DNA of 56,734 nt, the filler included, from Ionaspis alba (Eukaryota), in the NCBI GenBank assembly GCA_964255285.1. It is 5 parts of 5 records of this genome, joined end to end, with 100 filler letters (N's around TTAATTAATTAA, not from the genome) between each part and the next. Parts side by side here need not be neighbours in the genome. Positions count along the whole stretch, not along the records: positions 22,796 to 34,052 come from CAXUUL010000562.1; positions 34,153 to 45,402 come from CAXUUL010000563.1; 3 more parts are not named here. One strand, written 5' to 3'. This document shows positions 25,685 through 38,562 of this stretch, piece by piece. A program made the position numbers and the translations under genes. The notes beneath the pieces were generated by a model, which saw only the letters and a program-made list of their open reading frames with translations, did no database searches and was not told where the DNA came from. Position 1 is the first letter of the stretch. Every line of letters starts with the position of its first letter.

Positions 25685-28600
25685 ATTGTAATTATCGTTC
25701 GTTAAAGGCACTTTGGTAGATACAATGAATGTTGATGGAACAACAGCAGCGAACATACGAATAACAATTGTTCTGCGCACTTAATCAAGAGTTCTTGACC
25801 CTAGCCAGAACTTATTTGCACTTCCGACTGCACGGTCTCCCATCGAGATGCTACCAACATCTGCTGCATTAGCCCAGAGTCACCTCGCGCTGCTAACGCC
25901 CTTCATTACGTGTGAACGCTAACGTCCTCAACAAAAGTCCAGTCTCGTGTGAAAAAGTCTACTCGTGAACATAAGCGTTCTAGTGCTCCGTACTCAAGAT
26001 CAGGCTCGAGCACCACGTTCTGGAGTAAGGATCTCAATATGGAGTCCGCTGCACGAGTCGCGAAGCTTTGGGAACCCAGTCAATGGGGCTCAACAAACAA
26101 GAAACTCTGGACGAAGTGGTTGATTGGTAAGGCTGATAAGATGGTTGAGCGTGTACGCGAACAACCACAGTGAGCTTGTCAATCCAGGACAAGCTTTCCC
26201 ATAAGAAAGGAAGCGAATATGCAGTAAGCATGATGTGAAGGTCGTGGAAGGATCTACTACAATAATGGTGTTGCAAGAAAGTAGAACGAGTGCTCCTTTG
26301 AGAACGCCGACAATGAACATTTTCTGTTGCATAACGAGCAGAACGAGTAATGATTCGGTTGATTTAACATCTGAGTGTCCTAGAAGGGACCCAATCGTTG
26401 AGATAGTGCTTATCGGATCACCAAAGTCGCCAAGTTGGAGTGGTTGCACCGCTGTGAAATCTCACCATCAGAAGGATTGTAGCCCCCATCGAAGTCAGCC
26501 CATACTTGCAGCGAACAATCCGGACATTTCAGAGGCTGCTGCTGCGTTTGCCTGGCCATGGGCCCAAGTAACGAAGGCTACCAGAAACTCTCTTAATGAA
26601 TTCGTAGTTGTCGATGGGAAGTGCGATCAATAGGGTACAGTATAGCCGCATCTTGCTGAATTGCCGAAAAGAAAATCTTCTTGATGAATTGCGATCATAA
26701 AGTATAAAAAGAACCCAGAGGTGGAGAGTATCCACGTTGAGTCTGGTGACCGACGTTGTGGAGTCGTCCTCAGCCTATCGTGCAACAATTGGTGTGTCTG
26801 CGAACCCTGATGGTGTTCTCCAGTGCGGCTCTGCACCCTGGGTGTCACCACATGAACGCATTAGCGGGTACGATTGAGGCCGCAACCCGCCCGAAGCATT
26901 AATACAGGATGTATCCGCACGAAAAAGCACTTGTCACCCTCGTACATTTGGTGTGGCACGGGTCGAGTCAGCTTCCTTTTGGAGTGCCAATTACCTGCGT
27001 AGATCAATAGAAAGGCTTTCTGCACCTCTAGATACGCCGCACGTAATCGGAGGAAGGGTAGTAACCATCAGCGCTTGTATGGGAAGCCGTAGGAGCTTTA
27101 TATGTCTGCCCCGCCCATGACCCTCTTGTCGAAATTTCTCTGTCACCACATAGCCCTTCCTGCTAATCTCGACTCGATAATACCCCTGTTGCCATCTTTG
27201 AGCCTCCTTGAGGCCAGAGAAGAGCTCAAACCCGGCAAATCCAAACGAATTGAACAATGGAGGTCTGCATACACAAATGCAAGATCATGAGGAGAATTGC
27301 AGGCACAAAAGCCAGTTGGTCTTGTTGTGACCATAAACCATCATGACCATCAGTCATGACGAGTCAGCCTTGGTAGAGCAAGGCAGAACAGAGGGACTGC
27401 ACTCACAGTGGTGCGGCCAATCCTCGACAAGCGTTCCCATCAACCCATGCCCGAGAGTCCTTCCATCCGAGATGCTATTCGAGAACAACCGAACCAATAC
27501 AATTCAATTGTTTGGACGACTGCGTCTCGTCTAAGCTTTCCACTCACTCCCACTGATGGCCACCGGGTAGTCTTCCTTACCCTCTCAGCTGTGCCAGCCG
27601 TGCTGTCGACGTTGATCAAATCCCAAAGGAGACCGTCTATACAAGAGTCACCAAACCCCATACCTCATCGACTTCTTTCCGCGTCATTCAATTGATTACC
27701 AGCATTTCCCTTCTCGTTGCATTCTGCACACAATTAGTTGCGGACTTTTTGATTTCCCTTTCGCACAAAACGCACCCTCGAGTTCAACCTTCCTCGTCCA
27801 TACCACACCTCTTCAAAAACCCCCACTATCGTCACCCAAACGGGACCTTCTGCAATCCTTACTTCTTTCTTCACTCCCCTTTACCAACCAAGAATCCTCA
27901 TCACACAATCTCTATCGCTCATCTATCTGCGTCAACGCGTCCTTTGGAGTCTGTCAAACTCTACCTTTGAAGCAGAAGGTCGCCGACAAGCTCGAAGCTG
28001 CTCTTCCTTGGCCGCGCACTTCCGCATCCACACCGCCTAACAAGTATCATCAAATTCCGACAGTGACAGCCGGCGAGTTTTCCATCGCAGCTTTCAAGTT
28101 TGTGTCTCCTTTCTTGTCATCCACTTCGAAGGTTTTTTATCGTCCAGGGGATCTATTGTGTACTAGGCCCCGCCTAACAGCGTTATCACCAGTCCGCCCA
28201 TCGGTCTGATCCACCACGACACTTGCAAAAAATTGATCTCAAGCAGCTTTGGGCCTGGGCGTCATTTCTTCGAAGAGTCTCGATTGCGCATTCGCCGGAA
28301 CTCAGAACGAGCATTCCCGCTTTCGTGTACTTCCAGGATCCTCGAGCTCTCGGGGACGTCTCCGAGTACACGACCGTGCCCAGCATCCAAGGCCTCATCC
28401 TCATCACTCCTGGGTCTCACCACTTCAAGGCGATTCGTCCTAATCTTGGTGTCGATCTCATCGTTACCCAAGGATATCGAGTCTCAGTCAGACTTATCAG
28501 CTTGCCCGACACGGAGAAGTCGTCCTCAGGACTGCCGTTGTGGGAGCTTTCGCCCATAGGCTGCCACGGTTGCCAACCAAGGTACATTGACATTGCTACC

Positions 28601-28748
28601 GGAGTGCATCATATCCTGAGGTCTCTGTCGCTTTGCCGATAACTTCAGTCCGCGTCTCAACATTCGCAGGACTCTTCTCGAGTCTTCCTTGGAATCGGGT
28701 TCCTCCCGCCGGTCGGAATCACCACAGAGTCACGCACTGTGCACGTAG

Positions 28749-29593
28749 ATGTCTTTCAACTATCCAGACAATCCTTTCATGGAGGGAACAGCGATAACGG
28801 TCAGCACGAGAGCTGCAAGCCCATTATTTCCCGTCCATTCCGAGAACGGTCGTAAAGAAGACCACGACGCCGCTGAGATGAACGGTCCTGAAGGTTCTAT
28901 GGTTGCGGAGTACGGATCCGACTCGATGCATTCATCAACGTCCGAATCATCCGACAACTATACCATTCCCTGTCCTGCTAATGGTCAGACGTTCAACAGC
29001 GCGGTCGCCCTCGGAATGGCGGACAAGGAAACACTGTATGCTGACTCTGATAATGACGAAGACGGAGATGATCACAACGGCGAAGAAGATCAGGGAGGAC
29101 AAGGGGAAGGAGATGCAACTGGTGTAGCTTCCAGCAAATCTTTGGTAGGCTTCTTCTCAGACGGCGTTACAGACGTGTGGACTGGTCATCGTGACGGTAT
29201 GTAATAGAAGGACATTCTATTTCTCAATGATTAGGAGCTGACCATTGATCAGAGACCTACTATGCAGGCCAGCGCCAAGTCGACAATGGTGTGATTCCTC
29301 CTATTGCCTCACGCATCGAGGCTCGACCTCGCCGGGCGACTGAGCGCTGTGAACCTCTGTCAGCTACGCTGCCAGCGAAGATGGGAAACAGTATCGTCAA
29401 TGCCGAAAAAGGCACAAATCACCACGATCAGCGCAACCTCATCACCGAGCGAGGAAAGCGAATCGTCCTTGTCACGATCTTGATGGTCGGCACAAGCATT
29501 GCTCTCGCTTTAGCAATCTATCTTCCCCTCCAGGCAATCACTATTGTCCCTGCGCTAGTGGTAGCCATCATGATCGCTATTGCGGTTTTGTGA
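28749..29593 (+). CDS. Orphan protein with acidic disordered N-terminus and C-terminal transmembrane hairpin, 2 exons
   Basis: Intron 29197-29252 (GTATGT..GCTGAC..CAG) joins ORFs 28749 and 29291 in frame. Ends RIVLVTILMVGTSIALALAIYLPLQAITIVPALVVAIMIAIAVL*. Confidence 0.65.
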
Positions 29594-32300
29594 AAGGACC
29601 ATGGGCTCCCTCACGGTGTTCACGAATGGCACGACCTATTGACGGACCAGCTGCCCTCTTAGGGTATCGGCCGGCGTGTCATGGCATGAGCGCCGTTGGT
29701 CTTCAAAGACATGCTCAATCCTCAATTCGTTCTGTTATCTCTCTCTAATTCTTACCGCCTCCTAAATCGGTTCTTTCGTCCACGCGTATGTTGTTATCCC
29801 CACGATGGCCCTTTCGGAGCCAAAAGCTCCTCTTTCCACGAAAATATATGAAAAAGCCTCTTATTCTTGATTGCTATTACTTGTTCCTTCCGTCTTTCTT
29901 GTGCTCGCTGTTACAGTTATAGACCTAGTCGACGGCTCTAACACAGCATCTGTGACGACGACAAATGCCATAGATTTCAGTGGACAATGAGGATTATAGC
30001 TAGAGCTAGACGAGTCAGCACAAGACTATTGTCCAAGCATGCTGCATCCATACTGCGTTCTTGTCATGCCTGTCTTGCCTCTGTCTTAACATCAGGTACA
30101 CCCCAAAAGGGTAATGTGACAATGGGCGATGTGTGCTCCATCGCCAACAATTGCAGAATCATACTGTGAAGAGGAGGTGACGTTGAACTGACTATCGATC
30201 GAACTCAAGCGAAAGCTAATCGCAGGGACCACCCGGCGCCGGTTGCTCGCGGATCGCGGCTACTCTACCCTAAAGCAAAGCCGATAGGTACTTTACATGT
30301 AGTCACGTCGTAGAAGCATGAACTCACTGTCTGAAAAGTCTGATGTGCTTCTCCTGTTGATTCGTTGCAGAAACGACAAAGGTGTTGGTGACATGTGGCA
30401 ACAGCGTGACAAATCATTAGCTGGATTTACAAGCAAGTATGACTTTGACGTGTCCATGCCTTTGATCCAACTCTAGCATCCACACTCCCCTCTTTTCCCT
30501 ACATTACAAAAGGTGAAGTCAAATCTAAGTCGGGGTTGCTGCATTTACCTTGCATACTATGCATGGAGGGGAGGGAAGCAAGGATGTGTGTCCGTGGCAT
30601 TCCCACAATTGAACCTGCAGTCTCGTGCATCTCTGTGGGTCAACACCGCTGAACGATCCTTCTCTCATGGACGGTCTTCACGTATTACTCATAGTTGTAA
30701 ATGGCACTGTCCGTTGATACCAGTCACTACACATTTGCCTCGATCGAGAAAGGAGTTCTCGTCATATGACTGATATGAGAGCTATCATTTCTTTCTTGAA
30801 TCTCCAATACAAGACTGGCTGGATTGAATTTATTGACTGAAGCGTGGCTACCTTCCCAATAGTTCCTTCGTGAGAACGCTTCGGTATGAAGAGCTGCACA
30901 ATTGTAAACTTGCCTCGTGGACTTTGAAGTACTGAGGGTTGCCCCGAATTTTATCCCGTATTTGTACTAGCACGACTAGGGTAATCAAGAGGATGGAGCT
31001 GTGGCTGTGCAGACTGCCGATATACCATCCAACAACACAGCCAAAGACGTCGTCGCACATCACTCTATTCGTCGCCAACCTCGTTCTCTGATTTCAGTAT
31101 TACAGCAAGCAGCCATTGAGGGATCTGTCAATGGGCCGTCTAGTCGAAGTCATCTAACCTTCAATGGCTCTACCTCCAGTGCATCTTTTGCAATGTAATC
31201 TCGTCCTACGCTCGAGGATATGAGCCTTGGGGTATCGAGTTGGGTCTTGACAGGCAGTAATGAACTATCTTTCGTTTTGTTTCAGTCTAAGACATGCTCG
31301 TTGCAAAGCAGTGGATCCACCTCCTGTCTGGAATCTCGCTGCTTACACAACAGAATGCGCTCTCTCTCATGTCATCAACTCGTCTTTGTTCATAACACGC
31401 ACCAGTTGACATGCCAGCCTCAATCGTACCTCCACAATTCTTCACCAGCAATTACTCAACCGGATTGCTGTCCGCACAGAGAGTATTTCATGCTGTCATT
31501 TCTATCGATCCTGGTCAGCAGAGGTGGAACGAGATCAAGATTTGTGGATGCAGATACGACCACAAATACTGATCAGCACCATCGCAAACGTGGCAACTGC
31601 ATATCTTCTGCCGCGACATGGACCAAAGCTTCTATCTGGTCTTTACATTTTGGTGTGGTGTTAATGTAGATCACCGAAGCGAACTCGGGTCGAATGGGAT
31701 CGAGCTATGAGTCCAGATCAACGTCGCTGTGTATGGACTCAAAGAGATCGACGTCTGGGTAGAGTATGATGGATGTGGTATGTTGCTTATTCCGTCCGTA
31801 CATTCAATGACAATCTTTTAGGCATTTACCGACCTGCGATCCTCGGCTATGGGATCTAAAATTGTTCAGAAATTGGTCTATAAAAGCGGCTTTGTCGCAG
31901 CAGATGATGAGCAAGTGGCTTTGATCACGTTCTAAGGTGTCTCACAATGATTCCAGACCACCATTGTTGAAAAGGTGTTCTGACGAGGTACGCTTGCAGG
32001 GGATTGGTAGCTTCTGTGGGGGTGTGCTTTATTACGACATCAGAGTAGCTGATCCAAGCCTTGGGTTAGTTCTTCTCCCTGTCGTGGGTGATACGCGTCG
32101 AGAGCGAGAGGGTGGTGTGGATCGCAACCAATGCAGCCTATATTGCTGTGGAGAAAAAGAAAATCTGGCAAAGGATGAACAAAACGGGGAGTGAAAAGAA
32201 TACTTAACCTGCGTCGTTACCGGCTGCTGCGAGCGGTCGTTCACGATCATCTCAGCTACTCACTACGAAACACAATCTTAAGTTTCACCCAAGCTTTACC

Positions 32301-32985
32301 ATGGCTAGAGTTGCTCTTGTCCTCATTCTCACAGTGGCTTCCCTTGTCGGACAAGTTCTTGGGAGTCCAGTCGGAGCAAGCCCCAATACCGTTCCCACTC
32401 CCTTCATATTCAATGTATGCACGTCGAGCCATCGTCCTAATGATTTCGCTGACCTTTCCTCTGATTTAGTTCGACGACCTAACGCCCAGCGTCGTTACAA
32501 CGTTCAGCCCCGTACCTGTTCCTTACCATGGCCTGAACTTCTCCGCGTTCACTATTGCAAACTTCAGTAACCCCCTCTCTTTCGCTATACCGCCTCACTC
32601 CCCACCCAACGTTATTGGTGCTAGCGTGGTCACAAACATTCGCACGGGTCCAGCCACAGTCTCGACCCAATACCAAGGCTCTGTCATCACTAAGTTTGAC
32701 TTGAAATCGGTCTACATTTCTTGTAAAGTCCAGGCTCAGGGGACTGCAGCTGTTCCCCAGGCTTGCACGCTGCAATTTACGGGGACTACCACCACAGGGG
32801 CTATTGTTTCGGCCCTAGGATCCTACAAACCTGCAAGTCTCTTGAAAGTTCCAATGCAGCAGGTCATGCTACCGTCAAACTTTGTCAACTTGAAAAAGGT
32901 TGAGGTGACTGTACCACTAGCTGCTACCTTACCACTAGCAACATCTTTCCAGTTTGACGATTTTGAGGCGGTGCTTTATCGCTAG
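32301..32985 (+). CDS. Small secreted protein (~209 aa), probable fungal beta-rich domain of unknown function (DUF7371-like)
   Basis: Signal peptide MARVALVLILTVASLVGQVLG; intron 32415-32469 restores the frame. FDDL..PYHGLNF..PHSPPN..FDLKS..SC..QAC..FDD pattern with 2 Cys. Confidence 0.8.
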
Positions 32986-34052
32986 ACCCCCTCACATACG
33001 CTCTTCCGCACAAGTTCAGAATTCGCAAATAGTAGATAGGATAAGGTTGTGGGTAGCGAACAGGTTGAGACGAGGGCAGTGTATTCTGATTCGGGTTTTG
33101 CTGAGTTCTTGGAGCTACTTTCACAAGACATTCGCTACAACGACGTTTCGATTTCTAGTATTGATGTTCTGGAGTGGCATTCCTGCCCAGGCTTAAAAGC
33201 CAAGCTACTGTCATTAAAGCTAAAGTTTACATGGTCCTAATTGCAATAAATAGAACTGAGTTCTGATCTTCTCATAAACTGTGGACATCATCTGTGTCTC
33301 AATCTATTGCTTGTCTGCAAATTGGCATGGGGCGTCTCCTGAGCACGGAAAGAACGAGGCTCTGACTAGCTTCTCGGCTTGCGCACTGGCAGCGCTGTCA
33401 GAAACGCAAGGCTTGTATTACGTACTGGCATTTGTATGCCAAAATTCATCTTCCCTCCGCGCGAATAACATCCAACAGCAGAGGAACCACCTCCCCGTGC
33501 CAATCGCCTCACCCAGTGACGATCATAACTCAAAGCCTGTAGAATTAGACTCGTCGAGAAGGACTATTGATAAGAAAAACCTGTAATGCTCACAGACCGA
33601 GGAGATCGACTTGAGAATTCAGCTGTTGGTGGAGACATCAAGCAGATCCTCGTGCCAGTTCCAGCCGCCGCCGCCGCCTACGAAAGCACGAAGAGTAGAC
33701 AAAGGTGCAATATGCACTCCTCGTCCCAGAAACGACAGTCAATGCGACCCTACTTTTTCGACAAATTCAGAATGCCCCACTCGGAATATGAGATAATAGA
33801 CTTCCGAAATTGGGGGAGGAAAGGGAGTGCAACATCGGGTCCTGAACGGATTTTCACACCCACGGATAAAATCGTAAGCACTAGAGATTGTCTACAGAAT
33901 TTTTCATGCCGACTTTTATTGATGGATCAAAATCCTCACCATTCACCACCCACCCTCCGCGTACAAACGAGATGAGCCAGTGACCATAGCTACCTACGTG
34001 GATGGTAAGAGATCCTTCTCGTGATCGGCCAATCTTTAGCGCAGCCGAGATC

Positions 34053-34152
34053 NNNNNNNNNNNNNNNNNNNNNNNNNNNNNNNNNNNNNNNNNNNNTTAA
34101 TTAATTAANNNNNNNNNNNNNNNNNNNNNNNNNNNNNNNNNNNNNNNNNNNN
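34053..34152. other. Assembly gap with TTAATTAATTAA linker
   Basis: N-run with embedded linker. Confidence 0.95.
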
Positions 34153-34383
34153 TAGTGGAACTTCGATTGTTTTGCCGATTTTCAGCTCTTTCCTGGCTAG
34201 GATACTACCAATCTGCGGTTTGACCATGATGAAAGCTTCTCCTGGCTCACCGACCGTGATGTCCACCTTGCTCTGTTCATTACCAGGAAAGGATAAAGGG
34301 TCAATCAAAGTGGCCTTGATTGTATGTAGGCTTCGACAATCTCGATACCTAGTTGCGGGCAGCCTAAGAGCGCAACGAAGCAT
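34153..34383 (-). CDS. Hypothetical protein, 5' part only (runs into gap), with mitochondrial-presequence-like N-terminus
   Basis: AAGTATG start; MLRCALRLPATRYRDCRSLHT.. stays open to the gap. Confidence 0.4.
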
Positions 34384-34920
34384 ACTTGTCGGCAGATACG
34401 AGTGAGATCCGGCAGAGAGCAATTGCGTTGAGCATATAACGTCGGCGATGCTGTCGAAGCCACTGACAGAATGAATTGGCTACCCTGGACCGTAATTGCT
34501 AATCTAGATAGAGCCAAAGCAAGGCGATCGATCGACCTCGAATCTTAAACATGTGAGACGACAAACCCAACGATGATCATGGTATAGATATCTCGAGTCA
34601 TCGAGTTGCAGAATGAGTGTACCAATTTGTCTATCACTAAGCAGGCCATTGTTAGCACTAGCAACACTCCAATAGGTATCGTTGCTTCTTGTCGACGTCA
34701 ATATTATTAATGCTACAACTCTTGTTTTGAGTAATTCAACGTTCTGCTCCATGAACAGAACGTCGGGTCCGAGCCGATAGCGGTGTTGTAGCTATGGACA
34801 TGGGCAAGACCATTGCCTCCTGAAATCCTCGAGACAAGTAAGCAGGTACGCACTTTTACTATACAAGAGATATCTCAGCCGTCTAGATAGGAATCAAGCT
34901 CGTAATGTCAAATAATGTTT

Positions 34921-34955
34921 TATGCTATGCTATGCTATGCTATGCTATTCTATGC
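34921..34955. repeat. (TATGC)n pentanucleotide microsatellite
   Basis: Five perfect units, one variant (TATTC) and one further unit; overlaps the DOA1 stop codon. Confidence 0.9.
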
Positions 34956-37420
34956 CAATATATTCCTAATCTCTGCCACTACGCCTTTGATTCTGGGTTC
35001 CTTGACACCGCTCTCGGCCTTTTGCAAAGCGCTTTCGATTAGGTACACTTCCTTGGCAGCCGCTTGTACTTCTTCTCCAAGCGTCAAGAATGTCCCTGCT
35101 GCGACTAGACTACGATAAATAGCCTCAGCATCCGTTGTATTGGCGATTATGGTGACTAGATCATCCATTAAGGCAAGACCTCGGTCGATCGATGATGGCA
35201 AGCCCGAACCTGGGGCGGAAGTGCAGAGAACCGAGTAGTTGATATAGAGCGTTGTGACAGCAATTATAAGGTTTCGATTTGTGCTACCCTGGGAGGCCGA
35301 TCTGACCAGACTGTGGATTTTGTCGAATCTGGCATCAGCTAGATTGCGCCCCTTGACGGTCTCGAAGAGATTCGCCAAAGCTCGGATAGCAAGCATGATG
35401 TTGTTGCTTCGGTCCTTCTCCTCGAACACCCCACTGTTCTCAAGAGTTTCAACTATGTCACCACCAGTGGAACTTTTCCACTCTGCTACCGAAGGTGTGG
35501 CAGCTGCTAGAACCCTCAATAAATCCAGCCCAGGAAGTCGCTGCGCCGATGGCCACAGCGTCGCTATTCCCAACACAATCTCCAATCCGTCTTTAACAGT
35601 GGGGCTTGACTGCGAGGGCAATGAAGGATTCTGCTCGAACAGATGACATAACTGCCGTATTCGCTCTATCTGAGTGGCATCCAAAGACACATCCTTTAAC
35701 CCTTCGTTGGGTAGGTGTTGATTTAGCTCTTCAATTTTCGTCTGGATGATCTTAAGGTTTGCTGTTTTGATAGATAAATATTGAGTCTGCGGTATGACTT
35801 TTGGTTTGGACACCAGGGAATCTGGTTGCTGTGGTGGATCTTCCCCAGGTCGATATCGTGATTCACTTCCCCAAGGATCTGCTCCTGCTGACACGTTTTG
35901 TGGTTGCGACACTTGCCCTATAGTTGCTCCCTGAGTATTTGTGGTAATAAAATTGGCAACCTGGTCTAAATAGGTCATTGGAAGCTCGTTGTCCTGAATG
36001 AACTTAGTCGCGGCTTCGTAGGGGTTCTGCGATAGGTTGTAAGGGAGTTTCAGAGGTGGTTTGCCGTCTTCTATATCGACATCAAAGACATAGTCATAAT
36101 CCTTTCCAAGATGGTCGATCTTCTTCCCACTGCTGCCAACAGCATCCACAACTGTCCCAACGTTCATCCACTGCCGAGAACCTTGAGACCATTGATGGGC
36201 CGTAACACTGCCGTCGTTCTCCTGAATCATAACAACTTGGCCTTCCTTAGTGCCAGATTTTTGTGTAAGAAAGTCTGGTCCTGGAAGTTTCTCCTTATTG
36301 ACCTCTCCAATCTGCTGCTGAGGTATCGAGGATGACTTGATAGAGCTCTCAAATGCTGAGATGACTTGTGGATCCGCTTCTCTTTCTTTGCTCCTGGTGA
36401 ATATCCGTACTATTCTGTCACTAGCCCCACTAACAATATCGCTATTCTCAGCACAAACGGCCACACCCCACACTGATATTGCTGGATGGGTGATGGTCTG
36501 AAGACAATCGAAACCTCTCCAGATACGGACAGTACGATCTTCACCAGAACTCACGATGTCACCATTCGGCAGACTTGCAAGGCTGTAGATGAAGCTGTCA
36601 TGACCACGTAACTCACCGACTTGACGACCGTTCAAGGTCCAAAGACGTATAATGCCATCATTGCTTGCTGAAGCAATATCTGCGCGAGACGGATGACCTT
36701 TTCGTATTCGGCACAACGCTCGCACCACGTCTGTGTTTCCGTTGATAGTCTGTAAAAGTTTGCCTCTAGGATTAAAGATTCGTATGAGCTGGTCGGCGCA
36801 GGCTATGTACAGTCAGACAAATACTCGGTATTGTATCACTCAAACGAGGCATCAAACCTGTAATGATAGTAGCTTTGTCGAAAGCCAATACGGACCAGAC
36901 ACTCCCTCGGTGACCTTCCAACACGGCTTCACAATCCCACTTGCCAATATTCCATACTCTGGCAGTGCCATCCCAGCTGCCGCTCACAATCCAACCGCCA
37001 TCAGGGCTCACATCCAGTGTGCAGACATTGTGGGCATGACCCATCAATAGCCTTTCAGCGTTGGCCTCCAGTGCCTTCCCTGGTTCCCGTACCTCTATCA
37101 CTGTGTCTTTGCCGCCTGAAATGACCAATCCTTCGGAGTATGTTGAGGTCGGAGGTAGGTAAGTCACAGCGTTGATGAAGGTGGAGCCATGGGAGGCTAT
37201 CGTGCAGTCGTATTTTGGAGGACTGGAGGAAAGAAGCTTCCAGATACGAACTGTTGCATCTCTCGAGGCGGAAAATAGAAAGTTGGGGTGGGGGAAGACA
37301 ACCCCACGTACCTGTACATCAACAATATACAGCTTAGCCAGAGAAAGCCATGGCTTTTGGAAACATACATACATCGTCTTCATGGCCCTCCAGCGAGGCG
37401 GAGAGTTTGTACTCGCTCAT
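34950..37420 (-). CDS. DOA1: Doa1/Ufd3/PLAA ubiquitin-binding Cdc48 cofactor (WD40-PFU-PUL), 3 exons
   Basis: MSEYKLSASLEGHEDDVR WD40 start, PFU (YDYVFDVDIEDGKPPLKLPYN..NPY) and PUL (RLPGLDLLR). Introns 37372-37312 and ~36857-36803. Confidence 0.95.
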
Positions 37421-38562
37421 GTCGAACTCAAAGCACACTATGATGCTGGGTTGCAGTCTGATAGCAGTTCTACGAAGAAGATGAAACTGCTGCTGAGGTC
37501 ATCTCCAAGCTACAGTGCACATATTTCCATGACGTTCCTTGGACGTCCAGGAGGTACCATAGGTACGTTAAATTCGCTCTCTAAGCACAAGCACCCTTGG
37601 GGTTCTAGAAGGCGGTCAAAGTTCCATTTGGACTTCCTCGAGTTATCCTAATTCCTACTCGTGGCATAATGATGTGACACGGAGTCTTGCTTGCTCATGT
37701 GCCTCGCTCTGGGAAACTGGAATTTTAGAGGCTGCGAAGTTCAATCCGAATAGTAGATCTTGCTGAGCAGTATATGGCACAGTGTCGGATCGTGGTGAGC
37801 ATGTACGCGTATGTCTGGACTACCCAAATTCTAGTACCCGCCATGCACATATTGCCACTATCCGATGTGTGCCATTCTGCTACGTTACTGGCTGTCTAGA
37901 CAGGAAGCCTCTGCTGACAGGCAAGATACATTCGGCTCACAAGATGAATATGCTCTTGTACCTCAAAACTTGATCTGGCCTGCTCATCTTGCTAGGCCGG
38001 AACGACCGTCGAAAGCTAGAGTTGAAATTCCAACAACCAAGCCCAAATGGACGGAGAATGTGGCCGGCTAAACCTACCACTGAAAAAAGTGCTTATATGT
38101 ATGTGCTTAGACATGGCATTCACAACCGAGAGAGCAAGGGTTCTCCCTAGTCAATTTCCCCACGTTGCACCAATGGAAGCAATGCAAACATTATTCACAC
38201 TTCTTTCCGCTGTTCTGCTTCATGTCACGTCACTTCACTCTGCTCTGCTTCACTTCACTTCATCCACCTGTGTTGTACTTAAGCTTCAACCTCTTCGTTA
38301 TCTTCTTTTCCTTCGTTCGCCATCTTCCATCTTGTCGCTCTTTATTTTCAACTTGCTTGGATACCATAACTTGTACTAATCTTTGCGACTCTTGATATGA
38401 TTGCCCACACCGCCTAATTCCACCCGCCGTTCCATCATTGGTCTTCTCGCTCCACGCCTCGCCAGTTGTGTACTCAGTCCTTCCACGATCACACCTCTGG
38501 TGCTTCAAAAAGCAGTTGATATTATCCTTGTCTAATACTTGAGACTTCTATTACCAATTCCC

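Noticed and set aside
28223..28642. ORFs as upstream coding exons of the 28749 gene
   Set aside because: The obvious splice (28580 to 28749) is out of frame and hits a stop; the starts are non-ATG.
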